From Candidatus Pacearchaeota archaeon (GTDB taxonomy: Archaea; Nanobdellota; Nanobdellia; Pacearchaeales; GW2011-AR1), in NCBI GenBank assembly GCA_019659125.1, contig JAIFVX010000001.1, forward strand, positions 502,097 to 566,096: a stretch of DNA of 64,000 nt. The letters are read 5' to 3'. Shown piece by piece: positions 50,749 to 58,233 of the stretch (its first letter is position 1; each line of letters starts with the position of its first letter). The notes under the pieces were generated by a model. That model was not told where the DNA came from. It did no database searches and was given only the letters and a program-made list of their open reading frames with translations. The position numbers and the translations under genes were made by a program.

Positions 50749-51111
50749 ATGTTCGGAAAGAATAGACTCTATGTGTTAGATCATCCTTCTGAGGGTAAAT
50801 GGCCTGCAGTGTTTATTGGAGAAAAACTTAATGAAGTAGAGCGTGCTGCTTTTGGACCGGAAAAATATCACTCATTTGCCTACTTGCAGTATAATCGACA
50901 CGGCCCACGAGATTATAGATTAAGTCGAGCATTTGTTAAAGATGGCAATTTCACTAAAAACGGCAGGAATGTTAAAATAAAGAATCGCTGTGATGTCTTT
51001 TATACTAGTGGTGAACGAGAATATAGTAAGATGTCATTCACAGAATATTGGTCAGCTCGTTCAATGCTTGTTTTACAGCACTGGGCAAGGCAAATGGGGG
51101 TTTTAGCATAA
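50749..51111 (+). CDS. Orphan ORF C (120 aa, basic) filling the L2|S19 junction
   Basis: There is a 1-nt spacer on each side. GGGAGG lies about 12 nt upstream. No family recognised. By eye it is related to ORF B. Confidence 0.65.
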   Translation: MFGKNRLYVLDHPSEGKWPAVFIGEKLNEVERAAFGPEKYHSFAYLQYNRHGPRDYRLSRAFVKDGNFTKNGRNVKIKNRCDVFYTSGEREYSKMSFTEYWSARSMLVLQHWARQMGVLA

Positions 51112-51112
51112 A

Positions 51113-51511
51113 ATGGCAGAAGTAGAGCGAATGAAGGAAGCGCTGATCCGAGGAAAGACCTTAGAGTACCTGAAGTCATTAGATGTGCGGGAATCTGCAA
51201 AGTACCTTCCAGCACGAAGCAGAAGGTCTGTGCTGAGACACTTCGAGGTCGTTGAAGAGTTCATCAAGCGATGCGAGAAATACAAGGCAAAGAACAAGAA
51301 GATAAAGACTCATTTAAGGGATATTGTCATTGTCCCTAAGCTTGTTGGATTCGCTATTGGAGTGTACAATGGAAAGCAGTTCACTGACGTCATCATCACA
51401 TCACAAATGATCGGTCACAGATTGGGAGAATTCTCCCCATCAACCTTCGCTGTCAAGCACAGCGCTGCAGGAATCGGTGCAACGAAGAGCTCGAGGGCTC
51501 AGAAGAAGTAA
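51113..51511 (+). CDS. rps19: 30S ribosomal protein uS19
   Basis: ..VYNGKQFTDVIITSQMIGHRLGEFSPS... Confidence 0.95.
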   Translation: MAEVERMKEALIRGKTLEYLKSLDVRESAKYLPARSRRSVLRHFEVVEEFIKRCEKYKAKNKKIKTHLRDIVIVPKLVGFAIGVYNGKQFTDVIITSQMIGHRLGEFSPSTFAVKHSAAGIGATKSSRAQKK

Positions 51512-51514
51512 ACC

Positions 51515-52111
51515 ATGGAACGAACAAATACAGTCCAATCACATGTCAAGAAGGATCATAAGCCGGAGACAAAGCCAGCAGTGCATGAGCACAAGCATGA
51601 AGAGAAGAAGGAAGATCACGATCATGCGCATGACCATTCGCATCCACACGATCACACACACGATCACAAGACAGAGGCAAAGAAAGAAGAGCCAAAAGTT
51701 GTCCCTAAAGTCTCCAAGAAGGAATTTGCCATCACACATGGATTATCTCTTCATGCATCAAAGAAACACTGCATGTACATCTCTTCATTCATCAAGGGAA
51801 AGACCATTGATGCAGCAATCCATGATCTTAAGCAGGTTATCAAGATGAAGCGCGCAGTCCCATTCAAAGGCGAGATCCCTCATAGAAAAGGAAAGGGAAT
51901 GATGTCAGGAAGATATCCAGTCAATGCTTCCAAGTTGTTCATTACACTCTTGAAGGGACTGAAAGGAAATGTCCTTGTCAATGGAATGGATCTTGATAAG
52001 ACAAAGATAGTCATATCAAACCCAAGCTGGGCTTCACGTCCTCAGCGTCGTGGTGGAGTCCGAGGAAAGCGGACCAACGTACTTATAAAGGCTCAGGAGA
52101 TGAAATCATAA
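51515..52111 (+). CDS. rpl22: 50S ribosomal protein uL22 with a ~60-aa His/Lys/Glu-rich N-terminal extension
   Basis: Canonical part ..ASKKHCMYISSFIKGKTIDAAIHDLKQVIKMKRAVPF...GRYPVNASK... The extension contains HEHKHEEKKEDHDHAHDHSHPHDHTHDH. Confidence 0.9.
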   Translation: MERTNTVQSHVKKDHKPETKPAVHEHKHEEKKEDHDHAHDHSHPHDHTHDHKTEAKKEEPKVVPKVSKKEFAITHGLSLHASKKHCMYISSFIKGKTIDAAIHDLKQVIKMKRAVPFKGEIPHRKGKGMMSGRYPVNASKLFITLLKGLKGNVLVNGMDLDKTKIVISNPSWASRPQRRGGVRGKRTNVLIKAQEMKS

Positions 52112-52782
52112 TGGAAGAGAAAAAATTCGTTGCATTCAAGAAAGAAGAGCTCGGAGTTAAGGAGTACATCAAGCGAGAGCTTGGAAAAGGAAGAATCAGT
52201 GCGGTTAGTATCGAATACACTCCAGTTGGAGAGAAAATCATTATCGCAACAAGCAAGCCAGGTCTTGTCATTGGAAGGAGAGGAGAGAAGATTGACGAGC
52301 TTACGCGAGTATTGAAGAAGAGATTCAAGCTTGACAACCCTCATATCGAGATCAGGGAGATCATGGAGCCTTTGTTAGATGCTCAGCTTGTCGCTGATGA
52401 GATAGCATTATTGCTTGAAAGAAAAGGATCGCTGAAGTTCAAAGTCATTGCATACAAGATGTTGCAAGAGATCATGAAAGTCGGAGCCATGGGTGCTGAA
52501 ATAGTCTTGGCAGGAAAATTACCTTCAGAGAGAGCCAGAAGCTGGCGATTTGCTCAAGGATACCTAAAGAAAACAGGAGACCCGGCAAAAGTAGTTGATC
52601 GAGCAATGTCACAGGCAATCACGCTTCCAGGAGTTGTAGGCATATCAGTCAGCATCCTTCCACCGAATGCTCATATCCATGACAGAATTGTTGTCGATGA
52701 TGCAATGAGAAGCAGGATAAAACTTGCTTCAGTAGATAAAGAAATTCCTATTATAGTTAAGAAGAAGGGAGGCAGGAAGTAA
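52111..52782 (+). CDS. rps3: 30S ribosomal protein uS3
   Basis: KH domain ..IIATSKPGLVIGRRGEKIDEL.. and ..LAGKLPSERARSWRF... Confidence 0.95.
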   Translation: MEEKKFVAFKKEELGVKEYIKRELGKGRISAVSIEYTPVGEKIIIATSKPGLVIGRRGEKIDELTRVLKKRFKLDNPHIEIREIMEPLLDAQLVADEIALLLERKGSLKFKVIAYKMLQEIMKVGAMGAEIVLAGKLPSERARSWRFAQGYLKKTGDPAKVVDRAMSQAITLPGVVGISVSILPPNAHIHDRIVVDDAMRSRIKLASVDKEIPIIVKKKGGRK

Positions 52783-52979
52783 TGGCAATCTTAAAGATAA
52801 AGGATGCTGTAAAACTTTCCCGCGATGAGCGAATGGCTCGATTAAAGGATCTTAAGATGGAACTCATAAAGTCAATGGTCGGTGCAAATAAGAGCAATGC
52901 AAAGACTAAGGAAATCAAGCGAGCAATTGCCCGGATTTCAACACTCAATAGTAAGCGAGAGGAGGGCACAAAGAAATAA
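52782..52979 (+). CDS. rpl29: 50S ribosomal protein uL29
   Basis: A 65-aa helical protein, ..LSRDERMARLKDLKMELIK.., in the canonical operon position. Confidence 0.9.
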   Translation: MAILKIKDAVKLSRDERMARLKDLKMELIKSMVGANKSNAKTKEIKRAIARISTLNSKREEGTKK

Positions 52980-53278
52980 TGGACATCGATCCTAGATTTG
53001 GCCTTCCCAACGAGGAAGATGTTTTGGAAGAAATCGCGAAAGGCGACCAGAAGATCACGGTATCAACCGTTTCACGACGATACGGGAAGATAACTACCCT
53101 TGTTTCAGGGCTTGATAAGAGCCTCGACATAAAGTCAATAGCAAAACAGCTTAAGGAAGAGCTTGCATGCGGGGGCACGGTCAAGGACGGTATCATCGAA
53201 CTCCAAGGAAATCACAAGAAAAATGTCAAGGCAGTCCTTGTAAAGCTTGGATTCCCGGAGGATTCAATTTCAGATTAA
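52979..53278 (+). CDS. Translation initiation factor aIF1/SUI1
   Basis: ..ITVSTVSRRYGKITTLVSGLD...LKEELACGGTVKDGIIELQGNH... Confidence 0.9.
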   Translation: MDIDPRFGLPNEEDVLEEIAKGDQKITVSTVSRRYGKITTLVSGLDKSLDIKSIAKQLKEELACGGTVKDGIIELQGNHKKNVKAVLVKLGFPEDSISD

Positions 53279-53279
53279 C

Positions 53280-53615
53280 ATGGCAACAAAGAAACAGCAG
53301 CATAAACAACCAGAGAAGAAACACGAGCACAAGATCATGAAAGTCGGAGCCCGAGGCAGAGTGTTCGAGGGATTTGTAACCAAGAAATTCGCAACTCGTG
53401 TCGTCATTGAATTCGAAAGGACTGTCTATGTGCAGAAATACAAGAGTTTCTATAAGAAGAAGACGCGGATTCATGCGCACCTTCCTCAAGGAATGGACAT
53501 TAATGTTGGAGATTATATCCAAGTGCGTGAATGCCGGCCCTTGAGCAAGATAATCCATTTCATCGTTATCAAGAAAGTAAGAAGTCCTCAGCATACCAAG
53601 GAGGTAAAGGCATGA
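53280..53615 (+). CDS. rps17: 30S ribosomal protein uS17 (start at ATG 53280)
   Basis: ..GRVFEGFVTKKFATRVVIEF...GDYIQVRECRPLSK... Confidence 0.9.
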   Translation: MATKKQQHKQPEKKHEHKIMKVGARGRVFEGFVTKKFATRVVIEFERTVYVQKYKSFYKKKTRIHAHLPQGMDINVGDYIQVRECRPLSKIIHFIVIKKVRSPQHTKEVKA

Positions 53616-54013
53616 AAGCAATTACTGCTCGAGCCACACGAGGATTAAACATCGGAAGCTATGTAGTTGCAGCAGATAACTCTGGTGCACGAATTGTCAA
53701 GATAGTCAGCGTCGTCCATGGAAAGACCAAGAAAGGAAGGCAGCAGTATGCTAAGATGGCTGACTGGGTGAAAGTCTCTGTGAGAGCAGGAAAGCCAGAC
53801 ATGAAGGGACAAGTCTTTGATGCAGTCGTTATACGCCAGAGAAAGCCCTACCGAAGAAATACGGGGGAGAGGGTATGTTTCGAAGACAATGCAGTTGCAT
53901 TACTGAAAGATGAGAAGGGAAATCCAAAAGGAACACAGATTAAAGGTCCAGTCTCACGTGAAGTTCATGAGCGATGGGCTCAAGTTGCGAAGATTGCGGA
54001 GGCAGTACTATGA
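53612..54013 (+). CDS. rpl14: 50S ribosomal protein uL14 (start at ATG 53612)
   Basis: MKAITARATRGLNIGSYVVAADNSGAR... ATGA overlap with rps17. Confidence 0.95.
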   Translation: MKAITARATRGLNIGSYVVAADNSGARIVKIVSVVHGKTKKGRQQYAKMADWVKVSVRAGKPDMKGQVFDAVVIRQRKPYRRNTGERVCFEDNAVALLKDEKGNPKGTQIKGPVSREVHERWAQVAKIAEAVL

Positions 54014-54447
54014 AGTCAGAATTTTCAACGGCATGGATATCAAGCAAGCAGGTAAGGAAGCAGAGAAAATACAGGCACAATGCTCCATTACATGTCAGGC
54101 ATAAGTTTTTAAGCGCTCATCTGTCAAAGGCTTTGCGGCAAAAGTATGGCAAGAGGAGTCTTCCCCTCAGGAAAGGGGATGAGGTGCTTGTCATGCGCGG
54201 CAGCTTCGTGACGAAGAAAGCAAAAGTCGCTTCTGTCAATACCAAGAAGTCACGAATCGCCCTTGAGGGCATCCAACGATCAAAGAAAGATGGCACCAAG
54301 GTGAACGTCTATTTTGATCCAAGCGTCCTTCTTATTGAATCACTTGTGCTTGACGACAAGAACAGGATACGGGAAAAGAAAGAGGAGAAAAAGCAGGATA
54401 AGAAACCGGAGAAAGCAAAACATGCATCAGACAAGACAAGAAACTAG
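54010..54447 (+). CDS. rpl24: 50S ribosomal protein uL24 (start at ATG 54010)
   Basis: KOW motif ..LPLRKGDEVLVMRGSFVTKKAKV... ATGA overlap with rpl14. Confidence 0.9.
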   Translation: MKSEFSTAWISSKQVRKQRKYRHNAPLHVRHKFLSAHLSKALRQKYGKRSLPLRKGDEVLVMRGSFVTKKAKVASVNTKKSRIALEGIQRSKKDGTKVNVYFDPSVLLIESLVLDDKNRIREKKEEKKQDKKPEKAKHASDKTRN

Positions 54448-55039
54448 TACGAAATTGCCCATCCCGAGAAAGGGCACAAAATATGTAGCACGAGCTATCG
54501 AGAGCGTTCAGAATTCAGTGCCGGTAGTTATTGCAGTCAGGGACATGCTTAAGCTTGCACAGACTGCAAAAGAAGTCCGAGAGATGATCAAGGAGAAATT
54601 GTTAAAGATCAACGGAAGAACAGTCTATGATTACAGAGAAAGCATCAAGCTTTTCCATATCCTTGAGGCAGGAAAACTTCACCAGCTTATTCTTCTTCCT
54701 ACAGGGAAATTTGCATTTGAAGATACAAAGTCCCATGAGAGGCTCTGCAAGGTTGTCGGAAAGAAGCTTGTCAATGGCGGAAAGATACAAATTCACTTGC
54801 ATGATGGATCTACCTTAATCTCTCCAGGGAATGTAGAGGTAGGGGATTCATTGTATCTTGATTTCTCAGGGAAAGTGAAGAAGCATGTCTCTCTTGAGAA
54901 AGGCAAGCAGGCATTCGTATTCTCAGGAAAATATAAGGGAATGAAAGGAAAGATTGAAAGGGTAAAGGATCACATGGTCACGATAAAATTCGATCACGCT
55001 TCTGCAGACTTGGAGCAGGACAGGATGGCAGTACTATGA
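54422..55039 (+). CDS. rps4e: 30S ribosomal protein eS4 (start at ATG 54422)
   Basis: ..LPIPRKGTKYVARA.. and a C-terminal KOW-like ..VFSGKYKGMKGKIERV... Confidence 0.9.
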   Translation: MHQTRQETSTKLPIPRKGTKYVARAIESVQNSVPVVIAVRDMLKLAQTAKEVREMIKEKLLKINGRTVYDYRESIKLFHILEAGKLHQLILLPTGKFAFEDTKSHERLCKVVGKKLVNGGKIQIHLHDGSTLISPGNVEVGDSLYLDFSGKVKKHVSLEKGKQAFVFSGKYKGMKGKIERVKDHMVTIKFDHASADLEQDRMAVL

Positions 55040-55329
55040 TTAAAAGAGATGTAAGCAAGTATTTGGAGTTCTTTGGAAACACAGTAGACTTAATCTATAA
55101 GTTTAACGAAGCTGGAGATAGTGCGTATGCTACAGATCTACCAGAAAAATCAGGGATAGCTCTATTGCATTACCGAAACGCTGCTCGAGTAGGAAATGAT
55201 TTTCTCAACAGGGATCTACCAGCACACTATGCGTCGATGATAGAATATATCCAGCACGAAGTAGACACGCTTGTATCAAAGATAGCCCAGATTAATAAAA
55301 TACCATTCCCGGTAGGAGCTGAACTATGA
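55036..55329 (+). CDS. Orphan ORF D (97 aa, acidic, helical) filling the S4e|L5 junction
   Basis: ATGA overlaps at both ends. No family recognised. Confidence 0.6.
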   Translation: MIKRDVSKYLEFFGNTVDLIYKFNEAGDSAYATDLPEKSGIALLHYRNAARVGNDFLNRDLPAHYASMIEYIQHEVDTLVSKIAQINKIPFPVGAEL

Positions 55330-55856
55330 ACGCGAAAATGGAAATGAAAGAGAAGAAAGACAATAGCATGAGAGATATATTTATTGAGAAATTAGTTTTA
55401 AGCGTTGGAGGAACCGAGGATAGCTTGAAGCGAGGTAAAAGATTGCTTGAAGTCATTTCAGGCATGAAGCCTCAGATTCTTGTCTCGGACAAGAGAATCC
55501 CTGACTTTGAAGTCAATCCTGGTCTTGAAGTTGGAGCTCGAGTTACTATCCGGGGAGAGAAAGCATTGGAGTTGCTTCGAAGATTATTGGGAGCAGTTGA
55601 CAATCAGATCAAGATAAAACAGATCTCTGAAAATCATTTCTCATTCGGCATCAAGGAATATATTGAAATCCCTGGAATGGAATATCATAGAGATATAGGT
55701 ATCCGAGGCTTTAATGTGACTGTTGTGTTTGCCCGTCCTGGATTGCGGGTGAAGAGAAAAAAGATAAAGCAAGGTTCAATCCCGAAGAGACAGCATATCT
55801 CTCAAGATACGATCAAACAATTCATGGAGGCGCAGTTTAAGACTGAATTCACATGA
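55326..55856 (+). CDS. rpl5: 50S ribosomal protein uL5
   Basis: ..IEKLVLSVGGTED...DFEVNPGLEVGARVTIRG... Confidence 0.95.
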   Translation: MNAKMEMKEKKDNSMRDIFIEKLVLSVGGTEDSLKRGKRLLEVISGMKPQILVSDKRIPDFEVNPGLEVGARVTIRGEKALELLRRLLGAVDNQIKIKQISENHFSFGIKEYIEIPGMEYHRDIGIRGFNVTVVFARPGLRVKRKKIKQGSIPKRQHISQDTIKQFMEAQFKTEFT

Positions 55857-56083
55857 CAGCAAGCGACTGGAACAAGATATTGAAGCAGCTTCGAAGAAAG
55901 CCGGCAGTGATGCAGAAATTCATCAAGCATAACAAGCCGAAGGAAAGAAAGTTCGGAATTGCAGCAAAGAAATGCGAGCGATGTGGACGGTTTGGTGCGC
56001 ATCTCAAGCAGTATAATCTTAATCTCTGCAGGCAATGCTTCAGAGAGATCGCGGAGGAGATCGGATTCCATAAGTACAGCTAA
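55853..56083 (+). CDS. rps14: 30S ribosomal protein uS14 (Zn type)
   Basis: ..KCERCGRFGAHLKQYNLNLCRQCFREIAEEIGFHKY. Confidence 0.9.
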   Translation: MTASDWNKILKQLRRKPAVMQKFIKHNKPKERKFGIAAKKCERCGRFGAHLKQYNLNLCRQCFREIAEEIGFHKYS

Positions 56084-56084
56084 C

Positions 56085-56459
56085 ATGAGTCAAGACATAG
56101 TTTCCGACGGATTGAATCAGATCATGAATGCAGTGAAAGCTGGAAAGAATTCAGTTCAGCTGAAGCACTCCTCACGAATGCTTATCTCTATACTTGCACT
56201 TGCGAAATTGCGGGAATACATCAAGCATTACAAGCTTGAGGGAAGTATATTGACTGTTGAAGTAGGAAGGCTTAATGGATGCAGGGCAATCAAGCCTAAG
56301 TACATGGTGAAGGTCGAAGACTTCGAAGAATATGTCAAGCGATACTTGCCTGCAAAGGATCTTGGAATCATCATTGTCTCAACATCGCAGGGTTTGATGA
56401 CACATCACACTGCTCAGCAGAAGAATCTTGGAGGGAGCTTGATTGCTTATTTCTACTAA
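56085..56459 (+). CDS. rps8: 30S ribosomal protein uS8 (start at ATG 56085)
   Basis: MSQDIVSDGLNQIMNAVKAGK... ..GIIIVSTSQGLMTHH... Confidence 0.95.
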   Translation: MSQDIVSDGLNQIMNAVKAGKNSVQLKHSSRMLISILALAKLREYIKHYKLEGSILTVEVGRLNGCRAIKPKYMVKVEDFEEYVKRYLPAKDLGIIIVSTSQGLMTHHTAQQKNLGGSLIAYFY

Positions 56460-56460
56460 C

Positions 56461-57003
56461 ATGAAATTAAAATTCACAGAAAAACTTCCCCTGCCATCAG
56501 ATATTGAATGCTCAGTCGAGGGAAGGACAATAACCTGCAAGAAAGGATCTCTTTCACTGTCAAAGCCTATCTCATTATCATCAATAAGGGCAAAGGTAGA
56601 GGAAAACCACCTTGTCTTTGAATGCGATAAGGCAAACAAGAGCCATGTCAAGGTCATCCGATCATATATGGCCCATGTCAGGAATATGATTGCAGGCCTT
56701 AACGAGCCATTCGTCTATATCTTGCAAGCAGCTAACGTGCATTTTCCTATGACATTAAAGATTGAAGGCAAACGATTGCTTATCAACAACTTCCTTGGGG
56801 AGAAGAAGCCACGGATTGCAGAGATTGTAGGAAATGTAGATGTTGACGTGAAGGGACAAGTTATCACGATAAGGTCCCCAGATCGAGAACAGGCAGGACA
56901 GACTGCTGCAAACATAGAGAAAGCAACAAAAGTCAGGAACAGGGACCGACGAGTGTTCCAGGACGGAATTTACATTACTGATAAGCCAGGGAGGAACGTA
57001 TAA
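56461..57003 (+). CDS. rpl6: 50S ribosomal protein uL6 (start at ATG 56461)
   Basis: Two-domain L6 pattern, ..HFPMTLKIEGKRLLINNFLGEKKPR... Confidence 0.9.
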   Translation: MKLKFTEKLPLPSDIECSVEGRTITCKKGSLSLSKPISLSSIRAKVEENHLVFECDKANKSHVKVIRSYMAHVRNMIAGLNEPFVYILQAANVHFPMTLKIEGKRLLINNFLGEKKPRIAEIVGNVDVDVKGQVITIRSPDREQAGQTAANIEKATKVRNRDRRVFQDGIYITDKPGRNV

Positions 57004-57350
57004 TGTCAAAGCGGTTTATTAGGACAGACTCAAATAGATATCTTAAGCTAGGAAAGAAGCGAAAGAAAGGAAGAGTATGGAGAAGGGCAAAAGGAATTCA
57101 CAGTAAGATACGAAGAAGGAAAGCAGGATATCCGGCGCGGCCTACGATAGGATATAGGACTGCAGGAGCAATCTTCGGCACTGTTCAAGGAAAGAAGCCA
57201 GTGTTGGTTCATAACCTTCATGAGATGCATGGATTGCCGAAGGATTCAATCATCATTCTTGCACGAGTGGGCGCAAAGAAGAAACTTGAGCTCATAAAGA
57301 AGGCTGAAGAGATGAAGATACCTATTGCCAACCTTGGAGGAAGAAAATGA
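57003..57350 (+). CDS. rpl32e: 50S ribosomal protein eL32
   Basis: ..WRRAKGIHSKIRRRKAGYP... Confidence 0.9.
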   Translation: MSKRFIRTDSNRYLKLGKKRKKGRVWRRAKGIHSKIRRRKAGYPARPTIGYRTAGAIFGTVQGKKPVLVHNLHEMHGLPKDSIIILARVGAKKKLELIKKAEEMKIPIANLGGRK

Positions 57351-57742
57351 ATCTAGAAAAGAAGAAATCGCTTACAGCACGAACCTTTGGAGTAGGAAAA
57401 GCCAGGATCACATTCAACACAGGAAGGCTTGATGAGATTAAGGAAGCAATCACCAAGCAAGACATTCGAGATCTTGTAGCGAGCAAGGCAATTACTATCA
57501 AGCCAATCTCTGGAAGAAAAGCAGTCGTAAAGAGAAAATCTCGTCGAGGTATGGGAAAAATAAGGCAAAGGCCTGGAAACAGGAAACAGGAATATGTCCA
57601 GATCACGAGAAAGTTGAGAAGTTACTTAGCGCAGGCAAAGGCAAAAGGAAAGCTTCCTCTTGACAAGTATTATCTTTTGCGAAAGGAAATACGGGCACGA
57701 GCATTCCGTGATTTGAGTCATATGAAGGAGCGAATGAAATGA
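57347..57742 (+). CDS. rpl19e: 50S ribosomal protein eL19
   Basis: ..KKSLTARTFGVGKARITFN...IRDLVASKAI... Confidence 0.9.
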   Translation: MNLEKKKSLTARTFGVGKARITFNTGRLDEIKEAITKQDIRDLVASKAITIKPISGRKAVVKRKSRRGMGKIRQRPGNRKQEYVQITRKLRSYLAQAKAKGKLPLDKYYLLRKEIRARAFRDLSHMKERMK

Positions 57743-58233
57743 AGACAATAAGACGAAGACGACGAGAAGGTAAAACAGATTACAAGGCACGACTTGCACT
57801 GATCAAGTCCGGGAAAGCCAGGCTTGTGGTACGAAAGACAAACCGTTCTATCATTGCGCAGATTGTTGAAACCGACATAGCGCAGGACAAGATCATCTCA
57901 GGAGTCACTTCACATTCATTGCTTGCCCATGGATGGCCTAAGGAGCTGGAAGGAAGCTTGAAGAGCGTCCCTGCAGCATATCTTACAGGATTACTCCTAG
58001 GCACTCTTGTCGCAAAGAAGAAAGTGCACGAGGCAATCCTTGATATAGGCATGAATAGGAACGTTCATAAATCACGACTCTATGCTGTTTTGCACGGAGC
58101 GCTTGATGCAGGAATCCAGATCCCTCATGACAAGGAAGCTCTTCCATCAAACGAATTCAAGGGACACGCAAAGCTATCAAAGGCATTTGAATCCGTAAAA
58201 CACGCTCTAGAAAAGCATAAGGAGAAGAAATAA
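57739..58233 (+). CDS. rpl18: 50S ribosomal protein uL18
   Basis: ..RRRREGKTDYKARLALIKSGKARLVVRKTNRSIIAQIV... Confidence 0.95.
   Translation: MKTIRRRRREGKTDYKARLALIKSGKARLVVRKTNRSIIAQIVETDIAQDKIISGVTSHSLLAHGWPKELEGSLKSVPAAYLTGLLLGTLVAKKKVHEAILDIGMNRNVHKSRLYAVLHGALDAGIQIPHDKEALPSNEFKGHAKLSKAFESVKHALEKHKEKK

Noticed and set aside
51584-51670. Repetitive CAT/CAC/GAT-rich DNA, considered as a tandem repeat or CRISPR-like element.
   Set aside because: It is in-frame His/Asp codon repetition within rpl22, with no spacer-repeat periodicity. No CRISPR array occurs anywhere in the window.
51477-51848. A 123-aa + strand ORF overlapping the rps19 end and the rpl22 start.
   Set aside because: It is in a different frame from rpl22. 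The His/Lys/Glu codon repeats keep several frames open. rpl22's frame continues into conserved L22 sequence.
53226-53621. A 131-aa minus-strand ORF.
   Set aside because: It is antisense to rps17 and the aIF1 3' end. It has no promoter box and no recognisable family.
55773-55783. A tRNA T-arm-like motif, GGTTCAATCCC.
   Set aside because: It lies inside the rpl5 coding frame, with no acceptor, D or anticodon arms around it. No tRNA genes were found in the window.
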